A stretch of DNA of 64,000 bases, from assembly GCA_934099115.1 (NCBI GenBank), contig CAKOPK010000006.1:372-64371 (forward strand), given 5' to 3'. Source of the stretch: an uncultured Bacilli bacterium (GTDB lineage Bacteria > Bacillota_I > Bacilli_A > RF39 > UBA660). A model generated the notes under the pieces. It searched no databases. It saw nothing but the letters and a program-made list of their open reading frames with translations, and had not been told where the DNA came from. Shown one piece after another: positions 31,204 to 40,701 of the stretch; positions within the stretch are counted from its first letter, which is position 1; every line of letters starts with the position of its first letter. The position numbers were made by a program, and so were the translations under genes.

Positions 31204-31601
31204 TAAGCTTCCTCTTTAATATATTTATCTAATACCGCATTAATAATCTTACGTACAGAATCATCACTATATTTTTTAGCAAGTTCAATCGCCTCATTAA
31301 TAACAACAACATTAGGAGTATCTGTATATTTAAGTTCATAAAGAGCTAAACGTAATATAGCAGCTCCAGTCTTATCTATACGCTGAATATCCCAGTCAAT
31401 CATCTTACTATTTGCTATTTTATCCAATTCATCTTGATAAGTAACAACCCCATATACCATATCCTTAACAAAATCATTTAGCACATCCATATTATCTTTC
31501 ATAATTGTTTCTAAATCACAAGCAATATGATTACTATTCATTAAATCATATTGATATAAAATAATCATTATTTTTTCTCTTAATTCACTACGAGTAGCCA
31601 T
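31203..31601 (-). CDS. nusB: Transcription antitermination factor NusB
   Basis: RSELREKIMIILYQ...ILRLALYELKY...NEAIELAK. Confidence 0.93.
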   Translation of the reverse strand: MATRSELREKIMIILYQYDLMNSNHIACDLETIMKDNMDVLNDFVKDMVYGVVTYQDELDKIANSKMIDWDIQRIDKTGAAILRLALYELKYTDTPNVVVINEAIELAKKYSDDSVRKIINAVLDKYIKEEA

Positions 31602-31671
31602 AAATAAATCACCTTTTATAATTATATTATAAATTCAAGATAAATGCTAGACTTTTTATAAATTTGATCCA

Positions 31672-31697
31672 GAAAAAAGAAGACCATCTAGTCTTCT
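31672..31697 (-). terminator. Rho-independent terminator overlapping the stop codon of the lipoprotein gene
   Basis: Stem AGAAGAC (31678-31684) / GTCTTCT (31691-31697), followed by a T-run on the minus strand. Confidence 0.6.
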
Positions 31698-32238
31698 AAT
31701 CAGCTTTATAATTATAAATACCATGAATTTTTTCTAAAGTAACTTCATCTGGTTGTTCTACTTGCCATTTTCCATTTGTTTTAACTACTTTAAATACTAT
31801 ATTATAAGATACAGTATCTTTCATATTCTTCATTTGTTCTAATCTATAATCTAAATATTTCTTCTTATCATAATTTCCTTCTGTTAGAAATTCATCTTTA
31901 TGATTATTTAAATAATCAGTAGCATCTTTATCTACTTTATATAAATCATATACAGTAATTTTAACAGTTACATTCGCTTCATCACCATTATAAGATTCAT
32001 CTAATATTGTATAAGTCATATCTTTATATTGTCTTTTCATAACTTCTCTATAAGCATCTTTTTGTTTATCTTCTAATTCTTCTTTATTTACAATATCATC
32101 AATATCACTTAATACTTGGTCGCTTAAACCTTTATAATTATTTAAATATTTCTCAACTGCATCCGAAGCTTTATCCCCTTGACAAGCACAACCAACTGCT
32201 CCTATTAAACAAATAAATCCAATTAAAAACTTTTTCAA
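31696..32238 (-). CDS. Putative lipoprotein of unknown function
   Basis: Signal peptide with lipobox (LIGAVGC). Confidence 0.65.
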   Translation of the reverse strand: MKKFLIGFICLIGAVGCACQGDKASDAVEKYLNNYKGLSDQVLSDIDDIVNKEELEDKQKDAYREVMKRQYKDMTYTILDESYNGDEANVTVKITVYDLYKVDKDATDYLNNHKDEFLTEGNYDKKKYLDYRLEQMKNMKDTVSYNIVFKVVKTNGKWQVEQPDEVTLEKIHGIYNYKAD

Positions 32239-32322
32239 AATATCTATAAATCCACCTTTCTATTCATATTATGAACATTAAATCTTGGAATATACAAATT
32301 TTTATAGTATAATATATACAGG

Positions 32323-32649
32323 GTGATAATAGTGGACACATGGTTACAATATTTAATTATTGGCGTATCTATTCTTTTAATACTCTTAATTGTATTAAAA
32401 TTATCTAAAAGAGATTTTAGAATAGAAGCAAATAAACTAATCGGCTATCTAGGTGGTAAAGATAATATCATCAGTGCTGAATGTAATATGAGTAGATTTA
32501 AAGTTATTTTAAAAGATGTATCTTTAGTAGATAAAGAAGCTATTGAAAAATTAGGAGCTAAAGGCATTGTAGAAATTGATAATCAATTAAAAATAATATT
32601 TGGTGCTTCTGCTACTCAATTAAAAAGATATATAGATGATATCATTTAA
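32323..32649 (+). CDS. Membrane-anchored PTS EIIB-like domain protein (orphan)
   Basis: An N-terminal TM segment, then LGGKDNIISAECNMSRFKVILKD, which resembles the glucose-family EIIB Cys-loop (C[IA]TRLR). The GTG start lies very close to a TATAAT box, so the transcript may be leaderless. Confidence 0.55.
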   Translation: MIIVDTWLQYLIIGVSILLILLIVLKLSKRDFRIEANKLIGYLGGKDNIISAECNMSRFKVILKDVSLVDKEAIEKLGAKGIVEIDNQLKIIFGASATQLKRYIDDII

Positions 32650-32674
32650 AAAGGTTCTAACAAAAAGAACCTTT

Positions 32675-33799
32675 TTAATTTAACTTATTATATTCACTTA
32701 AAAAGTAATCATCAGTCATACCAGCTATATAATCAATAACTATTCTATATATAGTATTATTTTCTTTATAAGTAGTACTCATATTCTTTAAATAAGAAGA
32801 AACAATATTAGAATCTATATTATTAGTTTCTAAATCTTTTACATACTGTTGAAATAACTTACGGAACATAATTTCTAATTGTTCTTTATTTCTAGCAGAC
32901 TCTGATTTATTATATATATGCGTATAATTAAATTGTTTTAACTCTTTTATCGCTTTAAATACATCATCGCTTAATAAAATATAATTTTTACCATAACTAT
33001 TCTTTAAAATATCTAAAACACAAGTTCCTACAATTTCTTTAGTAGTAGAACCTAATACATTAGTAATAGACCTAGGTATATCTTCTTTCTTTAATAAATT
33101 TAAACGTATAGCATCATCTATATCTCTTCCTAAATAAGCAATTAAATCACTAACTCGTACAACACAACCTTCTAAAGTCATAGGTTTTAATTCTAAAATA
33201 GTTTTTTTATCTTGATAACTTTTAAAATATTCATTTAAAAATTCTTCTTTAGTTTTTGGCCTTGGTTCATATTTTCCTAAAGCAAATTCTCCATTATGAC
33301 ACATAATAGTATCTAAAACTTGTAAAGATATATTAAGCCCATTCCCATAGTTTTCTATATTCATTAAAGCACGCACACTCTCAATATTATGATTAAAATA
33401 ACCTTCGTTATATTCTAAACTAATCTTACTTAAAATACTCTCTCCCACGTGACCATATGGAACATGACCTAAATCATGTCCTAGACTAGCAGCTTCAATT
33501 AAATCTTCATTTAAACCTAAACCTCTTCCAATAGTTCTAGCAATTTTACTTACAAACTGAACGTGAATCATTCTTCTAGATATATGATCATGCTCCTGAT
33601 TAGAAAACACTTGTGTTTTGTTCTGATAACGAATAAAAGCTAATGAATAAATAATTCTATCAGTATCTCTAAAAAAAGGTGAACGTATGTCTTCTGTATT
33701 TTCCTGAAAATAAATAGCCTCACTATCAGGACAAGCATAAGCACTTAATAAATGATTATGTTTTAGCATTTCTTTTTCTATAAATTCTTTATTTCTCAT
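32675..33799 (-). CDS. dGTP triphosphohydrolase-like HD-domain protein
   Basis: HD motif RMIHVQ...GHDLGHVPYGH, and C-terminal DYIAGMTDDY. Confidence 0.85.
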   Translation of the reverse strand: MRNKEFIEKEMLKHNHLLSAYACPDSEAIYFQENTEDIRSPFFRDTDRIIYSLAFIRYQNKTQVFSNQEHDHISRRMIHVQFVSKIARTIGRGLGLNEDLIEAASLGHDLGHVPYGHVGESILSKISLEYNEGYFNHNIESVRALMNIENYGNGLNISLQVLDTIMCHNGEFALGKYEPRPKTKEEFLNEYFKSYQDKKTILELKPMTLEGCVVRVSDLIAYLGRDIDDAIRLNLLKKEDIPRSITNVLGSTTKEIVGTCVLDILKNSYGKNYILLSDDVFKAIKELKQFNYTHIYNKSESARNKEQLEIMFRKLFQQYVKDLETNNIDSNIVSSYLKNMSTTYKENNTIYRIVIDYIAGMTDDYFLSEYNKLN

Positions 33800-34541
33800 C
33801 AAATAAAACACTTCCTTTACCAACATCTAACTTTTTTAAAAAAGCCTTACTTTTTAAATATAATCCTGTATATCTCTCATAATAAACATCTAAAAAATGA
33901 TTAATCTCATCCCTTACTTTTTCACTAATTTTTAACTTTGTAATACTTTTAATATCTACATAATAATACATTCTTAATAACTCAATCGACTTAGACTCTA
34001 CTAACACTTCATTCTGATAGCAATTTTTACAGACATACCCTCCTCTATCTCCATCAATAGTAACAATATCTGTCTTACTTCCACATTGAATACAACCATC
34101 TAAGTGTAGTCCTACTCCTAAATAATCAAGATATTTAATTTCTAAAATATTACAAATAATTAATGGGTCAAGTCCTTCATTTATCTTAAAAACTCCCGTA
34201 ATATAATCCTCATATATATTATCACTAGTTTGTTTAACTACCTGTTCTGTTAACTCTGTCAAATAATTAAGATAACTTAACTTTATTATATCTGTCATAA
34301 TTAAGCGAAAAGAATTCTTTACATCAACACTCTTTAATGTAGATAACTTGCCTTCTTTATAATAAATATTAAACACTCCATAAGTAAACTTTAAAGTAGT
34401 TGCTCTTAACGTACTCTTTAGACTTCTAGCACCCTTACACATAATCCCTAAAATACCATCTTTCGTATATACATGAATAATCTTCGATGTTTCTCCATAA
34501 GGAATCTCTCTAATAATAATACCTTCTATTTCTCTTAACAT
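33789..34541 (-). CDS. recO: DNA repair protein RecO
   Basis: MLREIEGIIIREIPYGETSKIIHVYTKDG (OB-fold N-terminus), and the zinc motif CIQCGS...CKNC. Confidence 0.9.
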   Translation of the reverse strand: MLREIEGIIIREIPYGETSKIIHVYTKDGILGIMCKGARSLKSTLRATTLKFTYGVFNIYYKEGKLSTLKSVDVKNSFRLIMTDIIKLSYLNYLTELTEQVVKQTSDNIYEDYITGVFKINEGLDPLIICNILEIKYLDYLGVGLHLDGCIQCGSKTDIVTIDGDRGGYVCKNCYQNEVLVESKSIELLRMYYYVDIKSITKLKISEKVRDEINHFLDVYYERYTGLYLKSKAFLKKLDVGKGSVLFDEK

Positions 34542-34867
34542 AATATCAATTCTTTCTTTAACATTATAACCTAAATTAATAAAAAAGAATATCATATTTT
34601 TATTATATTCGCTACTTTTTGGCTGTAAAAGCTGAAAATAACAGTTTTTTTATCTTTTAAGCAGCTTATTGTTTAAATGTGTTCACCAATCGTTTGTTCT
34701 CTTAAAAAGAAAAAAGAAAAGCTAGATTTCAAAATTTTATTTTCTAGCCTATTTTTTAAGTCCCAATTTTAAGATTGCTCTATGGCTGGGTTCACCGCTT
34801 TCTATCAAATAAACTTAATTTATTTGTAATAGCAATATACCATATTGGATTACGCTTGTCAAATTTC

Positions 34868-35284
34868 TTAATCTTCGTTTTTCAAAATATACTTTGCCTC
34901 AAAATTCCAAATATTTAATCTTCCTCTAGCTAATATTGGATAAATTGGTTCAACATCTTCTAAAATCCAAGCATATCTTCCCAGTTGATAGTCTCCTAAA
35001 TTATACTCTTGCAAATCTTCTGCTATATTTTTCAAAAAATCTACATTCATATAAATACAATCAATTAAATTACACCTACAAATAATACTACCATAACTCA
35101 TATCTAAATTTTTAACGATTTTTTTTAAATACTTATTTTCTAAAGTTTGCTTACTTATACTTTTACAACTAGCATGAATAAATAATTCCCCACGATAATT
35201 AGTTTTCCAACTTCGCGTTTCAATTCTCTTAAACCCTTCAGCTATCAATGTTGCATATGGCTCTCTAATACTAATTACTTTCAC
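34868..35284 (-). CDS. ASCH domain-containing protein
   Basis: MKVISIREPYATLIAEGFKRIETRSWKTNYRGELFIHA is typical of the ASCH/PUA-like family. Confidence 0.8.
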   Translation of the reverse strand: MKVISIREPYATLIAEGFKRIETRSWKTNYRGELFIHASCKSISKQTLENKYLKKIVKNLDMSYGSIICRCNLIDCIYMNVDFLKNIAEDLQEYNLGDYQLGRYAWILEDVEPIYPILARGRLNIWNFEAKYILKNED

Positions 35285-35344
35285 TTTTTATACCTCCAAA
35301 TACACTAAAATTATAACATACTCTCAAAAATTTTTTTGCTATTT

Positions 35345-35421
35345 CACAAAATTCCAGTCATTTCAACCAACATCTACACAAAATTCCAGCTTTTTTTACT
35401 CATTTTTACACATTTTTCCAG
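35345..35421. repeat. Three phased 13-bp direct repeats CACA(A/T)3TTCCAG with exactly 32-bp spacing
   Basis: Copies lie at 35345-35357, 35377-35389 and 35409-35421. The first two are identical, and the third differs at 3 A/T positions. Confidence 0.7.
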
Positions 35422-35422
35422 C

Positions 35423-35449
35423 TAAAAAGAGAATACTTAAATATTCTCT
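35423..35449 (-). terminator. Rho-independent terminator of the ABC transporter operon
   Basis: 8-bp stem AGAGAATA / TATTCTCT whose loop contains the permease stop codon, followed by a T-run on the minus strand. Confidence 0.65.
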
Positions 35450-37935
35450 TCTCTTAAAGACTCTAAAATATTATCATTCTTTATTCTTTTAGAAGCATAA
35501 TACATTGTAATAAGAATAATAATAAAGACGCCCACAATTGTAATAGCAAAACTCTTAATTGGAAGTCCCCTAACATCTACCACTCTACTAAAAGAACTTT
35601 TAATTAAGATATTAATAGCATAAGAAACAGGTAAACCATATAGTAAAGATTTTAATCCAAAGAATAAGCTTTCAAAGAATAACAATTTATTAAATCCTCT
35701 TGGAGTTAAACCTACACTACGAAGCATAGCAAATTCTTTTCTTCTTAATTGCATACTTGTATGAATAGTATTAATAACACTAGTAACACCTATCAATGTA
35801 ACTAAAGCAATAAATCCATAAAATAATATTTTTAAAGCTAAAATAACATTTCTAGTATTTTGATTTTCCATCGCAGGACTAACCACTTCATAATCAGAAT
35901 TCAAAGTTATCTTTTTATCTTTAATATCTTTATTAATCTTTTGATATTCTTTAGTATTAAAAATATATCTAGACTCATATTCTGTATTAATTTGTAATTT
36001 ATTATAAACACTTTCTTTTGTAACTATTATAGGAGTTGGCAAATATGTATAAGTTTTAAGTCCCCATACTACATCATTATAAACTTTAGCAGTAAAAGTA
36101 TATTCTTTATCTTGTATATTTAATTTTAAATCATAACTATCTTTTATAAAAGTATTCATAGAAACAGTTTTTCTACCATCTTCTGAATATAAATTATAAT
36201 ATTTAGGGTTCATAATAAAGACATCATCTTTACTATACTTATTATATTCTTTATCTATTAACACAATTAATGTAGCATCAACACTATTATAATTATCACT
36301 GCCTTGATACTTTCTAAAGTCTTTACTAAAATCATCTTTACTTAAATTAATAATATCTACAGGAACAGTATTAACAATTATTAAATCTTTACTTATAGAA
36401 TAATTATTAGCAATTGTTTTAATATCTTCTTCTATAATAGAATAATCTTTATTATATAATTGAAATCTAACATCAAAATCTGTATAAGAAATATTACTAG
36501 AACCTTCCTCAATATAATCTAAATAAGTAGTAAAAGTATTAAACATAACAATACTAATAAATAAACTAATAATAGTAATACGATATTTCTTTTTATTTCT
36601 CTTAATATTTTTATAAGCAATAACTCCTTCCATGCCAAATAGTTTAGCTATAAATCTAGGTGTTTTTACTTCTTTTTTAGATATTTTAATATCATCATTA
36701 CCTCTTATAGCTTCAATCGGAGTAACTTTACTTGCTCTTAAAGCTGGCAAATAAGCACTAATTAAAATAACTAAAACCATAAATATTAAAGGAATAATAA
36801 TATATAAAGGCTTTACATAAAATACTAAATCAAAAGTAGGAATTCCCTGTAATAAATGTTTTAATAATAAGATAACTACATAAATACCTATAAATCCTCC
36901 AAGTATACCTAATAAAATACCTATAAGTCCTACTATAAAAGCTTCAAATAAAACTGTTTTTTTAAGTTGTTTATTAGTAGCTCCAATAGAAGAATATAAT
37001 CCAAAGCTCTTCTTTCTCTCACTTGTAGATATAGCAAATGAATTATATATAACTGTAATACATCCCACACTTATAACAGATAAAGCAATAATAATTAAGG
37101 GTAAGAATGCCTTATTAACATTATCATATTTACTAGCTCCAAAAAAATATAAATAATTTTGATTAATAACATAATCATCATTACTAATATTTAAATTACT
37201 TGCAATATCACTCGTTAATTGATAAGTATCTTTTGGTTTTTTATATTCTACAAATAAATTATATTTACCATTTAATTCATTATCTAAAGTAAAAGTCATA
37301 TAACCTGCAGCATTATATTCTTCATATACACTAGATTCTATAATGCCTACTATCTTATAAGTTTTAGTAGTTATTTCTTGAAATTTCTCTGGTATAATCT
37401 CATAATTATCATCATAACTTAAACCTTCATCGATATTCAAATTTAGAAGTGTATCATCTACAATTCTATTCCCTATTTGTAAAGTAACAGTATCTCCTAC
37501 TTTAAATTTTGCTTTTTCTTCTTTAATTAAAGAATTACTAATAACTATTTCTTCATTAGTTTTTGGTAATCTTCCTTCCACTAATTTTAAAGTATCTAAA
37601 AAATTTTGGTTAGCACTAGCAATATATAAATATGGTTTTGAAATAATTCCATTTTCTATTTTAGCATATCCAACACCCTTATACCAATAACTATTATCTA
37701 TATTAATATTCTTTCTAATTGTATTTAAAGTATCAGTATTAACATTCTTAAATTCTACATGATAAGTTCCATATTCACTCTCTACTTCTAATAACATAGT
37801 TTTATATAGACTAGAAATTAAAAGTCCAATACCTACCATTAAAGCTGTAGATAAAAGAATACCAATAATAGTTACTAAAGTTCTCTTTTTATTCATTTTA
37901 AGATGTTTAATAGTAAGTTTATTTAAAATATTCAT
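35437..37935 (-). CDS. ABC transporter permease with two FtsX-type modules (MacB/BceB-like)
   Basis: 832 aa. It has an N-terminal TM segment, large extracytoplasmic regions and two 3-4-TM FtsX-like blocks. The start overlaps the ATPase stop by 4 nt. Confidence 0.85.
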   Translation of the reverse strand: MNILNKLTIKHLKMNKKRTLVTIIGILLSTALMVGIGLLISSLYKTMLLEVESEYGTYHVEFKNVNTDTLNTIRKNINIDNSYWYKGVGYAKIENGIISKPYLYIASANQNFLDTLKLVEGRLPKTNEEIVISNSLIKEEKAKFKVGDTVTLQIGNRIVDDTLLNLNIDEGLSYDDNYEIIPEKFQEITTKTYKIVGIIESSVYEEYNAAGYMTFTLDNELNGKYNLFVEYKKPKDTYQLTSDIASNLNISNDDYVINQNYLYFFGASKYDNVNKAFLPLIIIALSVISVGCITVIYNSFAISTSERKKSFGLYSSIGATNKQLKKTVLFEAFIVGLIGILLGILGGFIGIYVVILLLKHLLQGIPTFDLVFYVKPLYIIIPLIFMVLVILISAYLPALRASKVTPIEAIRGNDDIKISKKEVKTPRFIAKLFGMEGVIAYKNIKRNKKKYRITIISLFISIVMFNTFTTYLDYIEEGSSNISYTDFDVRFQLYNKDYSIIEEDIKTIANNYSISKDLIIVNTVPVDIINLSKDDFSKDFRKYQGSDNYNSVDATLIVLIDKEYNKYSKDDVFIMNPKYYNLYSEDGRKTVSMNTFIKDSYDLKLNIQDKEYTFTAKVYNDVVWGLKTYTYLPTPIIVTKESVYNKLQINTEYESRYIFNTKEYQKINKDIKDKKITLNSDYEVVSPAMENQNTRNVILALKILFYGFIALVTLIGVTSVINTIHTSMQLRRKEFAMLRSVGLTPRGFNKLLFFESLFFGLKSLLYGLPVSYAINILIKSSFSRVVDVRGLPIKSFAITIVGVFIIILITMYYASKRIKNDNILESLREENI

Positions 37936-38621
37936 GACTTATCTCCTAAACGCTCATCAGCAATAATATGTCCATCTTCTACAGTAATAATTCTTTTCGC
38001 ATGTAAAGCAAGTTCTCTATCATGAGTAATCATAATAATAGTTTGGCCATATTTTTCATTCGATAATTCTAATAATTCCATAATTTCAGCACTAGACTTA
38101 GAATCCAAATTACCAGTAGGTTCATCGGCTAAAAGTAAAGCAGGATGATTCATTAATGCTCTTCCAATAGATACTCTTTGTTGTTGTCCTCCAGATAGTT
38201 CATTAGGAAGATGGTTTACTCTTTTTGTTAACCCTAAAGTATTTATTAATTCTTCTAAATAGTTTAAATCTGGTTTTTTTCCATCTAATAAAACCGGTAA
38301 AGTTATATTCTCTTTAACATCTAATATTGGTATTAAGTTATAAAATTGATAAATTAACCCTACTTCTCTTCTTCGAAATATAGCTAAATTAGTTTCATTT
38401 AATTTATAAATATCTTTATCATTAATAAAAACTTGTCCACTAGTGGGTCTATCTACACCTCCCAAAATATGTAAAAGAGTTGATTTACCTGAGCCAGACG
38501 CTCCAATAATAGCTACAAAATCCCCCTTTTCAATACTAAAACTTATGTGGTCTAAAGCTTTTACTTCTATATTACCAGTCTTATAAGTCTTACATAAATC
38601 TTTAACTTTTAATATTTCCAT
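37932..38621 (-). CDS. ABC transporter ATP-binding protein (MacB/BceA-like)
   Basis: GASGSGKSTLL, LSGGQQQRVSIGRAL, LLLADEPTGNLD. Confidence 0.95.
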   Translation of the reverse strand: MEILKVKDLCKTYKTGNIEVKALDHISFSIEKGDFVAIIGASGSGKSTLLHILGGVDRPTSGQVFINDKDIYKLNETNLAIFRRREVGLIYQFYNLIPILDVKENITLPVLLDGKKPDLNYLEELINTLGLTKRVNHLPNELSGGQQQRVSIGRALMNHPALLLADEPTGNLDSKSSAEIMELLELSNEKYGQTIIMITHDRELALHAKRIITVEDGHIIADERLGDKS

Positions 38622-38661
38622 AAATATTTCCTTTCTACATATCCCATTCTATTATAAATAA

Positions 38662-38699
38662 GTGACTTTAAAATGACTTTTATATTACAATTTAGTCAC
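38662..38699. promoter_or_regulatory. Candidate response-regulator binding site upstream of the ABC operon
   Basis: Direct repeat TGACTTT-N4-TGACTTT (38663-38680), plus inverted partners GTGACT (38662-38667) / AGTCAC (38694-38699). The site is 40-80 bp upstream of the ATPase start codon. Confidence 0.4.
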
Positions 38700-38730
38700 A
38701 TTTATTATAAACTACAAATTAAAAAAGAGC

Positions 38731-38755
38731 AAAAAAAAGAAGAAAAAATCTTCTT
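38731..38755 (-). terminator. Rho-independent terminator of paralog A
   Basis: Stem AAGAAGA / TCTTCTT overlapping the stop codon, followed by a long T-run on the minus strand. Confidence 0.6.
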
Positions 38756-40091
38756 AAGAAACTATATAGGGATTAGAACTAGTACCAGATCCTCCTGAAA
38801 AAATAGTGTCTGCTTTTAGATTAATTACAGGACGGACCCCCCGCACTCTGTCATCTACAGCACCAGCACCAAAGAGACCAGAAGAATATACAAGAAATTC
38901 ACCTGTTGGAGCTGCTACATTTGGATTAAAGTAAAATGGTGACATAGTCCAGTAATAACCACCTGTATATAAATAATAACCTGAGTTATTTGTTGCATAT
39001 ACTCCTCCTGCATATACAACTTCATCGGCTGTTATTAAGCCTACTGGTGTTGTAAATTTGTCTTCTGTGTCTACACATTTCAGAGTTGGTGTTTTATTAA
39101 ATATTAATCTTACATATGGAGCATAAAATGTTAGGGTATTACCAGTTCCTCCACTTCCGTTTATGTTATGTTCACTAGTACTAGGTGTTCTATCATTACA
39201 GAAATTTGCTCCTCCTCCGGTTGCTATACTACTTGCATAATTACTTAAGGCATTATTATACCAATTGTCCAGTACTTCTTTGATGGTACTATTTGTTCCT
39301 TTCCCATGCACTTGATTATTAGTATATTGGTATCCTACATACATGTTGTTGTTATAACTACTATTAAATGCACTCGTTCCTATTTGTGTGCCTGTTCCAG
39401 TTGTATTGGCGCTGGTTCCTTGATAAATCATTCGGATTGTTCCATCGCCATTGATTCTGATTATTCTCCAATAGAATCCTCCAAACTTTACCCAGTTATC
39501 GCTTGGATTTCCTGCAAAATAATAAGTTTCTCCATAGTCATCATACTGAGTACTATTTAAAGACTTATAAATGACTCCTGTTGTTGTATCAGTCACAATT
39601 GAATCAAAATTAGACCTGGTTTTCCATGTGTTCATGTTTGCCATTATAGCTTCACAAGAGACTCCTTTACATGTATATGGCTTTTTATCAAAATACAAAT
39701 AACACTTCGTTCCTTTAGTAGTTAGATTATCTAATAAAATCTTACCATTACTATAATTAAAAGTAATAGAATAATCTCTATTTCCATTTACTGCACAATA
39801 ACTTTTATCAGAATTTAAATTATAACCACTTTGTGGTACTGTATCTGTTCCTTTATACGTTCCATTATCTTCAATATACATAGATACTAAATTTAAATCT
39901 GGAACTGTATAATTAATAGTTCCTCTAGCTAGTTCAATACTTTGTGTAGTTCTATACTTAGCTCTAGAAGTTAATTGTACTACCGTTACAATTACTGCTA
40001 TAAACACTAATAAAATTCCTCCATACTTCTTTAACTCATTTCTTTTTAATGTTTCTATTTTCATTTCTCTAACCTCTCTTAGAATTCTCAT
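38754..40091 (-). CDS. Membrane-anchored extracytoplasmic protein of unknown function, paralog A
   Basis: N-terminal TM segment (GGILLVFIAVIVTVV). Conserved blocks are SRAKYRTTQSIELARGTINYTVPDLNLVSMYIEDNG, NWVKFGGFYWRIIRINGDGTIRMIY, GLITADE, YWTMSP and GVRPVINL. An alternative start is MKIETL at 40064. Confidence 0.8.
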   Translation of the reverse strand: MRILREVREMKIETLKRNELKKYGGILLVFIAVIVTVVQLTSRAKYRTTQSIELARGTINYTVPDLNLVSMYIEDNGTYKGTDTVPQSGYNLNSDKSYCAVNGNRDYSITFNYSNGKILLDNLTTKGTKCYLYFDKKPYTCKGVSCEAIMANMNTWKTRSNFDSIVTDTTTGVIYKSLNSTQYDDYGETYYFAGNPSDNWVKFGGFYWRIIRINGDGTIRMIYQGTSANTTGTGTQIGTSAFNSSYNNNMYVGYQYTNNQVHGKGTNSTIKEVLDNWYNNALSNYASSIATGGGANFCNDRTPSTSEHNINGSGGTGNTLTFYAPYVRLIFNKTPTLKCVDTEDKFTTPVGLITADEVVYAGGVYATNNSGYYLYTGGYYWTMSPFYFNPNVAAPTGEFLVYSSGLFGAGAVDDRVRGVRPVINLKADTIFSGGSGTSSNPYIVS

Positions 40092-40209
40092 ACCTTATAC
40101 TAAAATTATATTATCAAGAATACTGAAAGTCAAGAAAAATGTCGTATATTTATACCTATTTATAACAATAATATTAATTAATGAGAAAATATGCTCAGGT
40201 GAATAGAAA

Positions 40210-40665
40210 ATGATTTATAATAAACGATTAAAAGAATTAAGAGAAAGATATGGAATTCCCCAAAAAGAACTAGCTAATTTAATTAATGTAAAACGTCCTG
40301 TATATACACAATATGAAAATGAAAATGTAACAATACCTTTAATCCACCTAATAACAATTTGTGATTATTTTAATGTATCTTTAGATTATATATTTAATTT
40401 TACAGAAATAAAAAACTATCCAGAAAGTAAAAAAGAAATAAACAAATTAGAAGCTGGCCAAAACTTAAAAACTTTTCGTAAAGAAAACAAAATTACTCAA
40501 AATCAACTTGCCAATATCTTAAATACTACTCATTCTGTAATAAGTGATTATGAAAGAGGAAGATATTTAATTAATACATCTTTTTTATACGCAATCTGTT
40601 TAAAATATACTATCTCTGCTGATTATCTAATTGGCAGAACTAAAAATATTTCTCCTGAAAAATAA
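40210..40665 (+). CDS. XRE-family regulator with two tandem HTH_3 domains (paralog of 27691-28143)
   Basis: IPQKELANLINVKRPVYTQYENE and ITQNQLANILNTTHSVISDYERG. It has the same 150-aa two-HTH layout as the regulator at 27691. Confidence 0.88.
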   Translation: MIYNKRLKELRERYGIPQKELANLINVKRPVYTQYENENVTIPLIHLITICDYFNVSLDYIFNFTEIKNYPESKKEINKLEAGQNLKTFRKENKITQNQLANILNTTHSVISDYERGRYLINTSFLYAICLKYTISADYLIGRTKNISPEK

Positions 40666-40667
40666 AA

Positions 40668-40696
40668 TCCCTCGAATCAAAATCGAGAGATTTTTT
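40668..40696. terminator. Bidirectional terminator between convergent genes
   Basis: Stem CTCGA / TCGAG (extendable with one mismatch), flanked by an A-run and a T-run. Confidence 0.55.
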
Positions 40697-40701
40697 ATAA
40701 A

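Noticed and set aside
34596-34867. The 272-bp gap between recO and the ASCH gene as a possible ncRNA (SRP, 6S or a riboswitch).
   Set aside because: I could not find conserved motifs of the known RNA families, or a convincing extended structure beyond one weak hairpin (GCTAGA...TCTAGC). It is left unexplained and mentioned only under the repeat finding.
35345-35421. The possibility that the phased repeats are a miniature CRISPR array.
   Set aside because: The repeats are only 13 bp long, there are only three copies and one is degenerate. There are no cas genes in the window and no leader-like organisation.
39306-39560. A plus-strand 84-aa ORF inside paralog A. The same applies to 17083-17289, 30391-30606, 50962-51201, 52412-52651, 54955-55155, 60845-61297, 61473-61658 and 62084-62281.
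   Set aside because: All are antisense or out-of-frame overlaps of long, motif-supported genes. None has its own RBS or a recognisable domain.
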